Source: Octopus sinensis (lineage: Eukaryota). From it: a DNA stretch of 53,202 bases. Shown one piece after another: positions 1-11,104 of the stretch. Location: positions 1-53,202 of the forward strand of contig NW_021832460.1 in NCBI RefSeq assembly GCF_006345805.1, written 5' to 3'. The notes under the pieces were generated by a model. It made no database searches and had not been told where the DNA came from. It saw nothing but the letters and a program-made list of their open reading frames with translations. How positions within the stretch are numbered: position 1 is the stretch's first letter; every line of letters starts with the position of its first letter. The position numbers were made by a program, and so were the translations under genes.

Positions 1-480
1 AAAGTTCATTAAAGTTCTTTAAAGATGATGTACAGTCTTATCACAGAATTTTAAAAAAGTTTTGAAGCATCACAGAGAAGTGACCTAATCCATATGAATT
101 TCCATAGATATGATGAGGGATTATATACTCACAGAAGACAAATTTATCCATTGTTAATTACAACGAGGTGGGTCTCAATTCCTGCTTATTGATTGATTCA
201 CCCTCTCTGTAATGCTAATAAAATTCTGTGATAAGACTGTACATCATCTTTAAAGAACTTTAATGAACTTTAGAAATCTGTTTAATTATCTACATTACTT
301 CATGAGTATAGCCTCAAACACTAGGATGTCTAGAGAACTTACATTGTATTTTAGCTGATGAGTACGGGACTCGTTATATGCTGTAATCTTTGCAACTTTT
401 AATAAAACCTGTCCTTGTATGAAACGATCGTACTAAAAACCTATCCATTCTTGTTGCTTCTTTCTCGCTTATAATCACCC
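1..480 (+). mobile_element. Penelope-like element terminal-repeat remnant with inverted arm and hammerhead
   Basis: Perfect 53-bp inverted repeat (1-53 / 219-271) followed by a type I hammerhead motif at 349-438. This arrangement is typical of truncated PLE pseudo-LTRs. No RT/GIY-YIG ORF is visible and the boundaries are approximate. Confidence 0.55.
349..438 (+). ncRNA. Type I hammerhead ribozyme motif, canonical core
   Basis: Stem I TTTTAG 349-354 / CTAAAA 433-438; CTGATGA 355-361; stem II 362-370 / 411-420 (G-U pairs, one bulge); GAAAC 421-425; palindromic GATC 426-429; GTA cleavage triplet 430-432. Confidence 0.8.
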
Positions 481-792
481 AAACACATACTGTATTGTTA
501 AATCAGTATAGTTTTTTTTGGGCATCTAAGTTAGGTACCATATCAAGTAAATTTAAAATTAACTTGAATCTTTATTGCTCTTTGTATATATATATATATA
601 TATCAGAGGCATATATTCCCGGTGCGCTGCCCACCCATCAAAAATGGCATTACTCATTAATTCAATCACAAATCTTAATGGAAAACATTTGTTACTCTGT
701 TCGTGACTCCTGCTGAATTAGGTGCATTGGGTGAGGCAGCCCACCCACTAAAGCAATCACCATACACCACCGATATATATATATATATATAG

Positions 793-824
<32 letters not shown>

Positions 825-938
825 TATAAAGTTAATCCAACAAGAAAGCACAGTAAAAACCAACATGAAACAATGAAGATTCATTTCGATTATATATATA
901 TATGTGTGTGTGTGAGGGTGAGTGTGTGTGTGCCTGTG

Positions 939-992
<54 letters not shown>

Positions 993-1941
993 TGTGCATG
1001 TGCATTTGTATATGTAATGGAACCATTGCAACAAATATGGTATGCAAAACGTATTAGAAACTGATGGTGCAGACATTAGCTGATACATAATTGAATACTT
1101 TCGTTCGATTACAATAAGGACAGTGTGCTTTAGTTTTGCCTGACATCAGGTGACACTGCAATCTTTAAAAAATGATAATCTCAGACACACTCACCCGCCC
1201 GTGCACGCACACACACACATACACACACACACACACACACACAGACACACACACACACACACACACACAAGTACAGGCATATAAGTGAATGCAACATAAA
1301 TCTCAGTGCTACGTTTTAAAACTGAAGCTTCTTCACGTAAAAGCATCCAATCGACAATGTTTCTTCCAATATCTGGGACTTTATGCTAACCTAAGAAATC
1401 TTTGTATATGTTTGTGCAATATAAAAAGAAAAACAAAACAGGTTTGAAACGATTTCAGTAAAAACCAACAATGAAACAATAAAGATTCATTTCGATTATT
1501 TTCATTTATTTTGAGGGGTTTTGAAAATCGTATTCGTTGTTTGCTCTTTTTTTCTTTTTCGTTTTTCATTCCCTTCTTTTTCTTCTTCATCTACATTCGG
1601 CTAAAGAAAATTTGAAGAATTTCCATGTGTTTCTATCATTTCAATTGCGATATGAAATCTTTTGTCTGTAAAGTGCAGACGACGACTCTTCCACCTGCCG
1701 CCATATTTGTTTACTCCAGTGAGCGCCTCTTGCTATGATTTCGATGTTTCTATTCTTTCTTTTAAGATTCTTATTATACCTATTATGCATTCCGTTGCTC
1801 TTGTTGCTGTTGTTACTGCTGCTCATGTTTCTGTTGTTCTTATTGCTGATGTACTTTTCTTCTAACTGCTATTTAATATCTAATATTTTCATTGCTAATA
1901 ATACTACTACTACTAATAATAATATTTTTGTTTTTATTTTC

Positions 1942-1944
<3 letters not shown>

Positions 1945-1992
<48 letters not shown>
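1945..1992. repeat. (ATT)n microsatellite
   Basis: Direct reading. Confidence 0.95.
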
Positions 1993-1994
<2 letters not shown>

Positions 1995-2560
1995 AACAGT
2001 GAGCTGACAGAATCATTAGCATGTTGGGTTAAATGCCGCTGGGCGTTTAACCCAACATGTTTTTCTTCCTTTCAGAATCGATAGAATAAGTACCGGATCT
2101 TTTCGGTTTGAACGGCAGTTTTTTCTAGCGGTGTCATATGAAATTGTCACCCATAATTATGACCCTAGTATCGATCTATTGCATTTCAATCTATTTTAGG
2201 TTTAGGGTTAGGGGTGGGGGGAAGGGTATCTTTTTTTCTTCACAAATGTAAATAAACCCAATCTGTTTCTTAAACGGGGGACATATTCATACGGCACAGA
2301 ATGTTTTTTACCTCAATGGACGTCAGTGATTGGCTGAAATTGCAGAAATTGAAGAAAAAAACAACAAATATCTTACAAACTATAGAATTTTCTCAATAAA
2401 GCGAAGAGAAAAAGATGTTTTATAAACACATTCTACCAGTATACGAAGTTTAAAATATTTTAGTTACCTAGAAATTATGTTAAAAACTGCCGTTCAAACC
2501 GAAAAGATCCTAAGTACCAGTTGAACACTAGGATCGATGTAATCAACTCGCCCCACCCCG
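1995..2560 (+). mobile_element. Old tRNA-derived SINE (family A), split by a MITE
   Basis: GTGAGCTGACAGAATCATTAGC head and GATAGAATAAGTACC...AGTTGAACACTAGGATCGATGTAATC body match the other family A copies in the window. Confidence 0.65.
2095..2510 (+). mobile_element. Non-autonomous DNA transposon (MITE), 29-bp TIR, 8-bp TSD (hAT- or Merlin-like)
   Basis: TIR GGATCTTTTCGGTTTGAACGGCAGTTTTT at both ends; perfect TSD TAAGTACC (2087-2094 / 2511-2518); five further copies in the window. Confidence 0.92.
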
Positions 2561-2601
2561 TCAAAAACAGTTATCCTGTACCATAAATTTAAAGCCATTC
2601 C

Positions 2602-2800
2602 TAAGGCGGTGAGCTGGTAGAATCGTTAGCCCGTCGCGACATTTCGTCCGTCTTTACTTTCTGAGTTCAAATGCCACCAGGTCTATTTTGGCATTTCATC
2701 CGCTCGGGGTCAATAAAATAAATACCTGTTGAGTTCCGGGGCCGATTAAATCAACCAGCCCCTTCCCCCCAAACCCAGGCTTTGTACCTACAAGAGAGGA
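2602..2800 (+). mobile_element. tRNA-derived SINE family A, diverged
   Basis: AAGGCGGTGAGCTGGTAGAATCGTTAGC head, GAGTTCAAAT B-box-like motif, (ATT)n tail. Confidence 0.8.
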
Positions 2801-2825
2801 TTATTATTGTTATTATCATTATTAT

Positions 2826-3003
2826 TAAGGCAGTGAGCCGGTAAAATGCCGAGCAACAATCATTCCGGTTTTACGTTCTGAGTTCAAATTCCGCCAAAGT
2901 CGACTTTACCTTTCAGAATCGATCAAATAAGGATCGCTTGAGCATTGGGAGTCGATGCAATTGACTAGTCCCCTCCCCTAAAACTTCAGGCATTCTATCT
3001 ATA
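2826..3003 (+). mobile_element. tRNA-derived SINE family A, diverged
   Basis: TTCTGAGTTCAAATTCCGCC...GTCGACTTT shared with other copies. Confidence 0.75.
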
Positions 3004-4134
3004 CATTATTATTAAGTTTTACAAGAGAAAGTCTGACATTGACTTCAAAGATTAGACTTATTCGCCGACATAAAAACACAGCTTACTTCGGATCTTTTAT
3101 ACTTTATATAGCTTTTGACAGGCTGTTCGTTTGGTAGGTAGAGTAAGGTGAATGAAAATTAGGTGTAATAAGAGAAAGAAATATTTATTGAAAATTTCAT
3201 AATTTTACAGTTTTTTCGAAAGCAACTACTTTCCCTGTCTCCCTACCCACCTACTTTTCAATCACATGATTCTACCTGCTAAAGGTACAACCAGCAAAAA
3301 GCTCATTATGCTCATTAATTAAATTCGGTCAGCAACTGAGAATTTCCAACACCTTTATCGAGCACAAATTACAGTTACTACTGCCCTAACTGTATAGAAG
3401 AGCACTAACTACAATAAGCCACGGAATGGATCAATTTGTAGTTCTCTCTTTGAGATCCCAGATGAAGTTAGCTAGTGGAGTGCAGTTTTCTCTTTTTGTT
3501 ATATATTTAAACCAGAAAAGCACTCGGAGAGCGCGGACCTACGTCAAGTAGCTCATTTCCATCCATATACACGTATGCTAAAAATCGCCCAATTTCCCAA
3601 ACCAACGCCGGCAAAAACATAACCTCCTTGGCTGGGGTAAAAAAAAAAATAACACAGCCATATGATTTTTTAAAATCCCTTTTAAAGCAGGAATTATATG
3701 AAGCTGTTCTCAACCACCAGCGTCATCAGCAGCATTGTCATTACTTCCACTTCAACCACATACACCGCCATCAGTGTTATCCTGACGGTTACCCTGACAG
3801 TCACTTTCACCACCACAACCAGTATAACCACTGCAATACCAGCATCACACAACTCTATCATTAACACCACCACTACCACCATCACCTCAGCATCACACAC
3901 CACACCGCTCCTGCCGCCATTATAACCACCGATACTATTCTATCCTCCTTCCATACTTATCTTGACCACCGTCATCATCAACACTGTCTGTAAACAGCAA
4001 CGCCACCATAGGTTACGTGGAAACGATGTGTTTTCAAGGGAGATAATCAAAGAACATAACGTTGTAATACTTCATGTAAAGTAAATATAACAGATGAAAA
4101 ATCCTTCAAGAATCCATAAAAATTCTCGGATCAC

Positions 4135-4285
4135 TACCAAAATTTCATCATCTATTCTTTGTGACATTACCAACTTTTCCTGCAAGTTTCATCAAATACC
4201 GTTCACAACTTTTTGAGTTATTTTGCACGCAGACGGACAAACCAACACCAATGAAAGCATAACCTCCTTTCTTGGCGGAGGTAAT
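4135..4285. mobile_element. Unclassified interspersed repeat fragment; related piece at about 3520-3640
   Basis: Both fragments end in CATAACCTCCTT(TCT)TGGC-G-GGTAA. Confidence 0.4.
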
Positions 4286-4734
4286 GAATGAACATGGTAA
4301 TGCAATATAAGGGCTTTCATTTTGTAGCGATATATAACTGAGCACTTATATATTAACTTACCAATGCTTGAGGAACAATTATCTTTTATGTAACACACCA
4401 AGTACTTATTTCTTATCTAATCTTTAATCTAATCCTTAAATACTGCACCTAATGTAAATCAGTTTAACTTTGGTAAACCTAATATTATTTAGAATTGATC
4501 ATAGAAGTTGACAATAATTTATTATGAACACCCATTCGAACGAACCCCAACCCCATTTCAAGTCTCTTCTCTGTATTAACTTATTTGCATACAAACCTTC
4601 CATTACGACTGTTTTGTGGGTATAATAGTGAATATATAGCAACAGATTCCTTTCCCTCTATATTTTCTGTACTTCACCTGTCAGGGACGGTAGCATTGAC
4701 ACGTTTAGAGTAAATAAGAAGAGTATGATTTGAT

Positions 4735-4831
4735 TTATCTGTTATCTCCAGCTACTGAATCATCAAGAGAGGGGATATTATCCAAATTCCCTTCCTTCAC
4801 TGTTTTTGAAAACTCTAAAAATCTAGGTCTC
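4735..4831 (-). CDS. Putative terminal coding exon of an unidentified host gene (..RPRFLEFSKTVKEGNLDNIPSLDDSVAGDNR*)
   Basis: Minus-strand acceptor ttaaccctccgctatttccag|G. Only one frame is open, and it is phase-compatible with exon 9057-9100. It is followed by unique AT-rich UTR-like sequence with AATAAA at about 4518-4523 (minus). No homolog recognised. Confidence 0.55.
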
Positions 4832-5219
4832 CTGGAAATAGCGGAGGGTTAAATGTTTCATTGATTGATTGATTAATAAATTAAATTAATTGATTGATTG
4901 ATAGCGTGATTGATTGATTAATGGATGGAATTAGATTTAAATATACACAAACTTATAGCGAGGAAATATTTCCTCAAGCCATTCGGAACTATCATAACCT
5001 TGAATAAAGTTATATAACAACATTTTCATTGTTTAGTCTGTTTTCTATTAGACTCAGCGGTAAATAATGCACCAGCCAATCGATTGGTGAATCTCTTCCG
5101 ATTTGCTATTCATTTGGATCGCCCTGTAGATTTAACTGATGCTGACTCCTATCTTCCTCTTCGCATTCGGCCCAATGCGTCCATGCTGCCAACAAAACAC
5201 ACGGAGTTCTGTTTTTGAT

Positions 5220-5812
5220 TCGACGGTCATTCGGAATGCTCACAGCAGCCATATTCCTACCGCTCTATGTCACGCTGGTGAGACCCATATTGGAGTACGG
5301 GATTCAAGCCTCTTCTTCTTATCTCCTCAAAGACATACATCATCTCGAAAGAGTCCAGAAGCTGGCTACCCGCATGGTTCTTGGTCTCAAGCATTTGTCT
5401 TATGAAGAAAGGCTGAAGACGCTCGACCTTTATTCTCTCGAAAAACGACGACTCCGTGGTGATTTCATTCTCGCTCACATCATCATAAGCGGAAAGTGTA
5501 ACCTCTCGAAAGAGCTGTTCTTCACTCCTGCTCCAGAGCGTCGGCTGCGGGGTCACTCCGAAAAGCTCTATCTGCGACGATTTCATCTCAATCGAAGGAG
5601 AGGGGCTTCTCCGTTCGGCTTGCGGATCCGTGGAATTAGTTGCCGGACGAGATAGTGAAGATGCCGACGACCGCTCGGTTGAAAGTCTCTCTTGACCAGA
5701 AATGGCCTGAACTCTTTGTATGACCACCCTCCCTGTACATAACTCCCTGTCCCCCTACATGGCCTTACTTTTGCTTTTTGAGCCAATAAAAATTGAATTG
5801 AATTGAATTGAA
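5220..5812 (+). mobile_element. CR1-group LINE, 5'-truncated 3' end (ORF2 C-terminus with frameshift)
   Basis: LVRPILEYG..LERVQKLATRM..LSYEERLKTLDLYSLEKRRLRGD motif; 3' UTR with AATAAA and (TTGAA)n tail. Confidence 0.9.
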
Positions 5813-6428
5813 GTTGCGCTTGCTACATTTTTCAAGTGAGGTGCTAATAGCGGTATTTGTTTAGGTTTCTTCAATACCTTCTTTCTGTCCCTATATATAC
5901 ACACATGTACATACAGATACCTGTGTTCAATCCTTCGCACCTAATTATTATAATAATTTATTAATGCTTTTGTGCGGTGGTGGTGGTGGTGGGGGGGTAT
6001 TTGGTATCTGGCTACATTCATTACACGTAACAAGCAATTCGCATCCTGGCATCGAATTTTCGACATTTCTAATCAAATCATTAATTGTAATTGCTCAGTA
6101 ATTAATATTGTTAAATCATCTTTAATTGAAAAACGCAAAGAAATTAAAATGTCATGCGAAGCTATTCTTGGCATTGTTTACGGTTACCAAACTCCAGTAA
6201 ACCCACAGCTTTAATGCATCTTAACCTATGATAATACGCACGCACACATCGTATTTGTGTATCTGTTTATATGCGCTTCCGAACTCCCTTGCACACACAC
6301 CCTCACTTTGCCTTCGTAAGCCAAATACAATTCTATGTTGCATACGTCAGTACTTTTGTATCTTTTAGTCTACGCCCGGGCATGAGTGTATGTATCTGTC
6401 TGTCTGTCTGTCTCTCTCTGTCTCTCTC

Positions 6429-6466
<38 letters not shown>

Positions 6467-7057
6467 AGCGAGAATGTAAAAAAGGAGAAAGCAAAGTCTT
6501 CAGTGTGAGTATGTGGTTTGTGGGGTCAACCGCGTCCTCCGCTTCATTTTTTGTTAATCACTCATTCTCATTTAATTGTTTGTTTATTCATACGTTTCGT
6601 CTCATTCGATACCCTGACCCCAACATTTGTTTTGTCTGTCCCCGTATTGTCCCCTCTTTTTCTCAGCCTTTATGGTGAATTAAGAAATACTCTCTCTCTC
6701 TCTGTTGTTTGTACTGGTAAAACATTGACGGTTTGTCAGCCGAACTGTTTAATTTAAGATTTAATCAAGTTTTGTTGTGAAGTAAATTTCTTGTCCCTGT
6801 CGGAGACCTATTTTCAAAATAATTCCTTTTTCTTTTATGGGATTAAAAAAAAAAACCCCAGCTTTAAACTGTTCTACGTCACTGACCCCTCCTCCACAAA
6901 CGCCTGCACCCCTGCTTCTACTCTCACCTTCACCGCTGTCTCCACTCCTCACCGTCACCACCAACTTTTGGTGCCCCCTGAGACGGAATGATTGATACTT
7001 TTGGCGTAGAAATATTTGCAGAAAAAAATAAGGAGTTCATCCACGCAGACAAAATGC

Positions 7058-7302
7058 GTTGGTGCAATTATTGCGGCTTTTTCTTTTTTAACAAATTTCA
7101 TTCAACAAAAACAATAACAACATGTAAAAAAGACATCTTTAAATGATTATTCCGGACTGTATCCACCATCTACTTTAATTACTGCTTCCCATTTGCTTGG
7201 CAGACGGTCGGAATAATCATTTAAAGATGTTTTTGTTAAATATTGTTATTGTTTTTGTTGAATAAATTTGTTGAAAAAAAGCTACAATAATTATGCACCA
7301 AC

Positions 7303-7308
<6 letters not shown>
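7058..7308. mobile_element. Mariner-derived foldback MITE
   Basis: About 100-bp inverted arms ending in GTTGGTGCA(T)AATTATTG mariner-type TIRs. The centre reads DRLPSKWEAVIKVDGGYSPE* on the minus strand, resembling a mariner C-terminus. Confidence 0.75.
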
Positions 7309-7349
<41 letters not shown>

Positions 7350-7891
7350 TATTATATATTATATATATATATATAATATAGGGATGGTATTACTAAAATA
7401 CCATTACAAGTGGTAAGCGAATTATTAGCCGTACAGGCAAATTAATAAAATATATACATACAATATTATATATGTACATACACACATAAGGGTACTACAT
7501 GAGTACCTATATCGCCAATGATAGGAGTCGAAAAATACTTCTGTACCACCGAATAGTCACAAATCCATTACAGGCAAGATAGGAAAGATATATATATTGT
7601 TTACCAAGTGATTTGATTTGCAACAGTGCGCTGAAATTGAACTGAAATTCCATCTCGGAAATCCCCTCCAGTTATTTACCAACAGATGAAAGCTGCTAAA
7701 TTCATTGTAAATATAATTTCTAAGTGAAATATTTGCAATGCAACTGTCCCAGTGACCAGGTCGCAGTTGTACGGAAAAAAACATTTGACAATTCGTGGAA
7801 TAATTTAAGAAATGAATTTATCAGTTTTTAATGTATTATTTTAATGGTTTGGACCGCTCGATATAATTTGCGATATATAAGAAAGGCTAAC

Positions 7892-8314
7892 GGATCTTTT
7901 CGGTTTGAACGGCAGTTTTTAACATAATTTCTAGGTGGCTAAAAGATTTTAAACTTCGTATACTGGCAGAATGTGTTTATAAAACATCATTTTCTCTTGG
8001 CTTTATAGAGAAAATTCTATAGTTTGTAAGATATTTGTTGTTGTTTTTTCTTCAATTTCTGCAATTTCAACCAATCACTGACGTCTATTGCGGTAAAAAA
8101 ACATTGTGCCGTATTAATATGTCCCTCGTTTAAGAAACAGATTGGGTTTATTTACATTTGAGAAGAAAAAAAAGATACCCTTCCCCCACCCCTAACCCTA
8201 ACCCTAACCCTAAAACAGATTGAAATGCAATAGATCGATAATAGGGTCATAATTATGGGTGACAATTTCATATGACACCGCTAGAAAAAACTGCCGTTCA
8301 AACCGAAAAGATCC
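7892..8314 (-). mobile_element. MITE copy 2 (opposite orientation)
   Basis: Same TIRs and body as 2095-2510; no TSD visible. Confidence 0.9.
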
Positions 8315-8462
8315 TACTTTCCTCTGGGCTCTCTAAAAGACATTCAGTAATTAACTCGATGAAAAGTATACTAAATCGGCGTAATCGATCACCTTATCGA
8401 CCTCTCGAGCTACCAAACACAAACACCAGAAAAGCTATTGGACGTTTGGATGATATCACTAA

Positions 8463-8774
8463 CAGACCGAGCGTTGTGAGTGTTTATTGAGCGAAAACAC
8501 CTAAAGCTCCACGAGGCTCCGGCAGGGGATGGTGGTGATCCCTGCTGTACTCTTTCACCACAACTTTCTCTCACTCTTACTTCCTGTTTCTGTTGTACCT
8601 GTATTTCAAAGGGCCGGCCTTGTCACTCTCTGTGTCACGCTGAATATCCCCGAGAACTACGTTAAGGGTACACGTGTCTGTGGAGTGCTCAGCCACTTAC
8701 ACGTTAATTTCACGAGCAGGCTGTTCCGTTGATTCGGATCAACCGGAACCCTTGTCGTCGTAACCGACGGAGTG
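8463..8774 (+). mobile_element. tRNA-derived SINE family C variant, head truncated
   Basis: 5' part matches the 13420-13713 family; 3' part matches 28155-28348 and 44679-44850. Confidence 0.8.
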
Positions 8775-9056
8775 CTTCCATCCAGATATCACTAAATCTC
8801 CATAAAGATGTGGGACGGAGGTTTGTGTTTACTGAAGGAGTAGAACGCCTGACTAAATATTCAATCTATTAATTTACTCGTTCGGAATCGCAATTAAGAG
8901 TTTCGTATTTACTGAAATGTGTGGAGTTTATTATTATTATTTTTACGGCCGTCACACTTCTCGGCTCGAGATCATCACTGCCTTGAGATCCTGGATGAGT
9001 TAACATCGTGAAATGAAAAATAATCAGCAACAGAACGACTTAAGACGATGACTTAC

Positions 9057-9100
9057 CTGAACAGACGATTAACAACCAAATTAGCAGTCTTTCCACTTAC
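9057..9100 (-). CDS. Putative 44-nt internal coding exon (VSGKTANLVVNRLF+AG)
   Basis: Acceptor ttcacctttgatcattgcag| with about 90 nt free of AG upstream, and a perfect donor CAG|GTAAGT. The only open frame ends in phase 2 and joins exon 4831 in frame (AG+G = Arg). Confidence 0.6.
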
Positions 9101-9639
9101 CTGCAATGATCAAAGGTGAATATTGATGACGATGACATATACAGAGATACATATATAATAAATTGATGGATTAATTTATTCAACAGGTTGATCGATCGAT
9201 CGATAAATAGATATAACCAAATAAGAAAACTGGCTTCATTATTTTTAATTAATTATTTAGTAGCCGAATCATCTGATGCATATAATTAAGATAATCGCAC
9301 TACATTCAATTCTCAAGAATTCCTTCCAGGCATTCCTCTGAGTTGCACCATTTTATATTTTCTATCTCAAGGTTCAAGGAAGATTGTGTGCAGTTTCTAT
9401 ATATATATAATTGTGTGTGTGTGTGTGTGTGTGTGTGTTGTGTGTGTGTGTGTGTGTGTGTTTTATCATTTAGAACAAACAGTAAAAGGTTGTCCTTATA
9501 TGGTGTTGTGGATTTCCACCTCGGCATCCGAAACTCAGAGTTTCATCTTGGCTATTGAATAATTGTCACATATTATTTTACAGATATATATATATACATA
9601 CATACATACTTACATATGCATACATATATATATACATTC

Positions 9640-9986
9640 TTCTATTTGTTCAGTCATTTGACTGCAGCCATGCTGGAGCACCGCCTTTTAGTCGAGCAAA
9701 TCGACCCCAGGACTTATTCTTCGTAAGCCTTGTACTTATTCTATCGGTCTCTTTTGCCGAACCGCTAAGTTACGGGGACGTAAACGCAACAACATCGGTT
9801 GTCAAGCAACGTTGAGGGGGGGGGGGCGGAACAAACACAGACACACACATATATATACATATATAAATATATATATATGACGGGCTTCTTTCACTTTCCG
9901 CCTACCAAATCCACTCACAACGCCCTGGTCGGCCCAGAACCATGTAGTTGGTAAGCAAGCTACTTACCACACAGCCACTCCTGTGC
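9640..9986 (-). mobile_element. SINE family B with internal deletion
   Basis: Matches 33445-33849 and 45933-46336. Confidence 0.85.
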
Positions 9987-10036
<50 letters not shown>

Positions 10037-10882
10037 CATTCAACTACGGTTGAATAATATTCTTAAGGCCGCAATTTACTCACTCGCAGCATCTTTCAGA
10101 GCTTGTCGCTAATTCACTTCTTAACCAAATTGAAAACTGTTAGCAATTTTGAAGAGAACTGGTCCCTAGCTACATCTTGGCATAAAAAATTGAGATTTGG
10201 TCCGGTAGAAAAAAGTTTACGTCAAAATTTGTAGCAATGTTATAGAAGAGTAAGTAGCGTCACCAATCAAGTAATTAACTTTTTTTTATTTTAAAAGCAA
10301 ACTATATTTAAATTAGGCTTAAATGATAGAGCTCAATTCGAGGAATTTCATGGTATCTCATGCATTGAAGTTTTAAAAGAAAAAAGTTATGAGTGCTTGT
10401 TTCTCAAAATTGAGGGTGATAATATAGTTCTATACTTTTTTATGATTATAGTTCTATAAGGGGACTTTTAATATATGTCACCGGCATCATTGAGGTAAGG
10501 AAAAATTATCAATGACGCCGCTAATTGGCACATTTGACACATTTTTAATTAGCATAGTAGCATGGATTACATGGAAAAATGCGAGCAAGAGAAATAATAT
10601 TCTTAAGATTATAAACCTGGAGAATTACAGGACAAGTTATTACACCTGGAAAAGTTCAATACAACTTATTACATCTGGCAAAGTACAGAGCAAGAAAAGT
10701 TTTACTTAGATATTGCAGTGAAGGATAAAGTAACATTATAATTAAAAAAGGTACCGTTATTTTGTTAAAATATTGACACACTAGAATACTTAAAAATGAG
10801 AGCCAGAAGTACCAATATAGCTAAAGTTTTATACAAAGTAGAATAGTATATATGGTAGGCAAATCCATTACGTAAAAAATAT

Positions 10883-11104
10883 ATTTCTTTACTACCCACA
10901 AGGGGCTAAACACAGAGGGGACAAACAAGGACAGACAAACGGATTAAGTCGATTACATCGCCGCCAGTGCGTAACTGGTACTTAATTTATCGACCCCGAA
11001 AGGATGAAAGGTAAAGTCAACCTCGGCGGAATTTGAACTCGGAACGTAACGGCAGACGAAATACCGCTAAGCATTTCGCCCGGCGCGCTAACATTTCTGC
11101 CAGA
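10883..11104 (-). mobile_element. tRNA-derived SINE family A
   Basis: Near-identical to 13198-13417; B-box-like GAGTTCAAAT on the minus strand. Confidence 0.9.

Noticed and set aside
3122-3133. Plus-strand 12-nt microexon-like signal (ttgacag|GCTGTTCGTTTG|gtaggt)
   Set aside because: Opposite strand to the inferred host gene and no partner exon; such matches arise by chance
7557-7784. 75-aa Trp-containing minus-strand ORF in unique sequence
   Set aside because: No convincing acceptor/donor pair and no recognisable motif
10080-10870. Unique-looking AT-rich stretch resembling decayed DNA-transposon coding sequence
   Set aside because: No diagnostic motif or TIR could be fixed
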